NCBI GenBank assembly: GCA_963924565.1
Contig: OZ004611.1
Coordinates: 22,010,001 to 22,074,000 of the forward strand
Direction of reading: 5' to 3'
From: Ascidiella aspersa
Lineage: Eukaryota
DNA: 64,000 nucleotides
Part shown: piece by piece, positions 63,034-64,000 of the stretch
Layout of the letters: each line of letters opens with the position of its first letter
Numbering within the stretch: the first letter of the stretch is position 1
Notes under the pieces: model-generated
What the model saw: the letters and a program-made list of their open reading frames with translations, nothing else
Told to the model about the DNA's origin: nothing
Database searches by the model: none
Program-made: the position numbers and the translations under genes

Positions 63034-64000
63034 CTAAAAAATGTGTTTTTTAAGACGACAGAGTGCGGTGTAAATCTGAATCTGATTTTGTTTTTTTCGG
63101 GACATGCTTCCATAACCTATAGGCATGTATGAAGGGTTAATGTTTTCAGTGGATGTATTTGGGTGTTGGATTGTAGATCGCTTCGTAGCGGTAACAAACA
63201 TAATGCCAAACCTTGCATAACACTTAACTAACGAAAACACTTAACTAACGAAATATAACACTCAACTAACAAAGTACTGTGGCGATACAACTTAATCCCC
63301 ATTACTTCCTGATAAATTGAGTTGATTCTAAAATAGTATTTTCAAACGACACTTTTTCATTTGGATTTTTTTGGATGTTTTTTTTTATCTTGTGCGCGTT
63401 TAACTTTAACGTTTGATTAAGGAAGGGCCTTTTTGCCGTTCGCAGTTTTAATTATTATGTCATCGCTAAGGTTTTGTCGCACCAGCAAGAAACAATGTTA
63501 TAAAGGTAACTGTGCAGTTTAATTCCATCACCTTAAGTGTTATGGCAAGTAAGATTTAATCTCTGCTCCGGAAATGGATTAAGACGACAATGTTTATACG
63601 TATATACGTATCGAATTGCGTCATGGGGTATTATTTCATTGCCTGTGTTACGCATAATAACATGACAACATACTGGTTAGTGGGACCTACACTTAACAAT
63701 TTTAGGTTCTGTATTCAAGAACTAATAAAAGACATAGGATTAATACACACATTAAGTTTCCCTGTGCCACTATATCGAATTCGGTTAATCGGCATGTTTT
63801 TTTCCTTAATTGCAAGTAAACTGTCTGTGTATCACGACATGCTTTACTGTTGCTATTCGTATTTCAACTTAAAATATCAAGAAAACCCTGACAAGTAAAC
63901 ATTACCAACATAATCTTTCCCTATCTAGATCTAGAGTAGGCATATTATTACGACATAAATTATATCAATCTATTAGTTTGGTGTTGGATTTTTTCTAAAT

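Noticed and set aside
63034-63240. Possible first coding exon of the aGPCR (ORF 63034-63240 with a phase-1 donor near 63117)
   Set aside because: Not hydrophobic enough for a signal peptide; the true first exon is probably outside the window.

Overview
Eukaryotic, AT-rich, intron-containing invertebrate DNA. Gene style suggests an invertebrate chordate such as a tunicate (inference only). Three things dominate. (1) 0.5-25.3 kb holds a cluster of seven intronless paralogues of an atypical seven-transmembrane (GPCR-like) family lacking DRY/NPxxY motifs. Four are intact and three are disabled, a birth-and-death pattern typical of chemoreceptor arrays. (2) A recent ~9.5-kb head-to-tail tandem duplication (11908-21416 / 21417-30933) copied two receptors and the last three exons of the neighbouring gene; the pieces broken at the junction are decaying. 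(3) Two multi-exon minus-strand genes were reconstructed by hand. One is a signal peptide-CUB-CUB-ZP-EGF-TM protein (28489-39517, probably with a GC-AG intron). The other is an adhesion GPCR (43103 to at least 63033) with an unusual ectodomain: Ly6/uPAR-like, helical Cys-rich, SEA-like, HormR-like and GAIN/GPS modules. Introns and spacers carry several MITE families (some with 8-bp TSDs), a tRNA-derived SINE-like remnant and hairpins with degenerate hammerhead-like cores.
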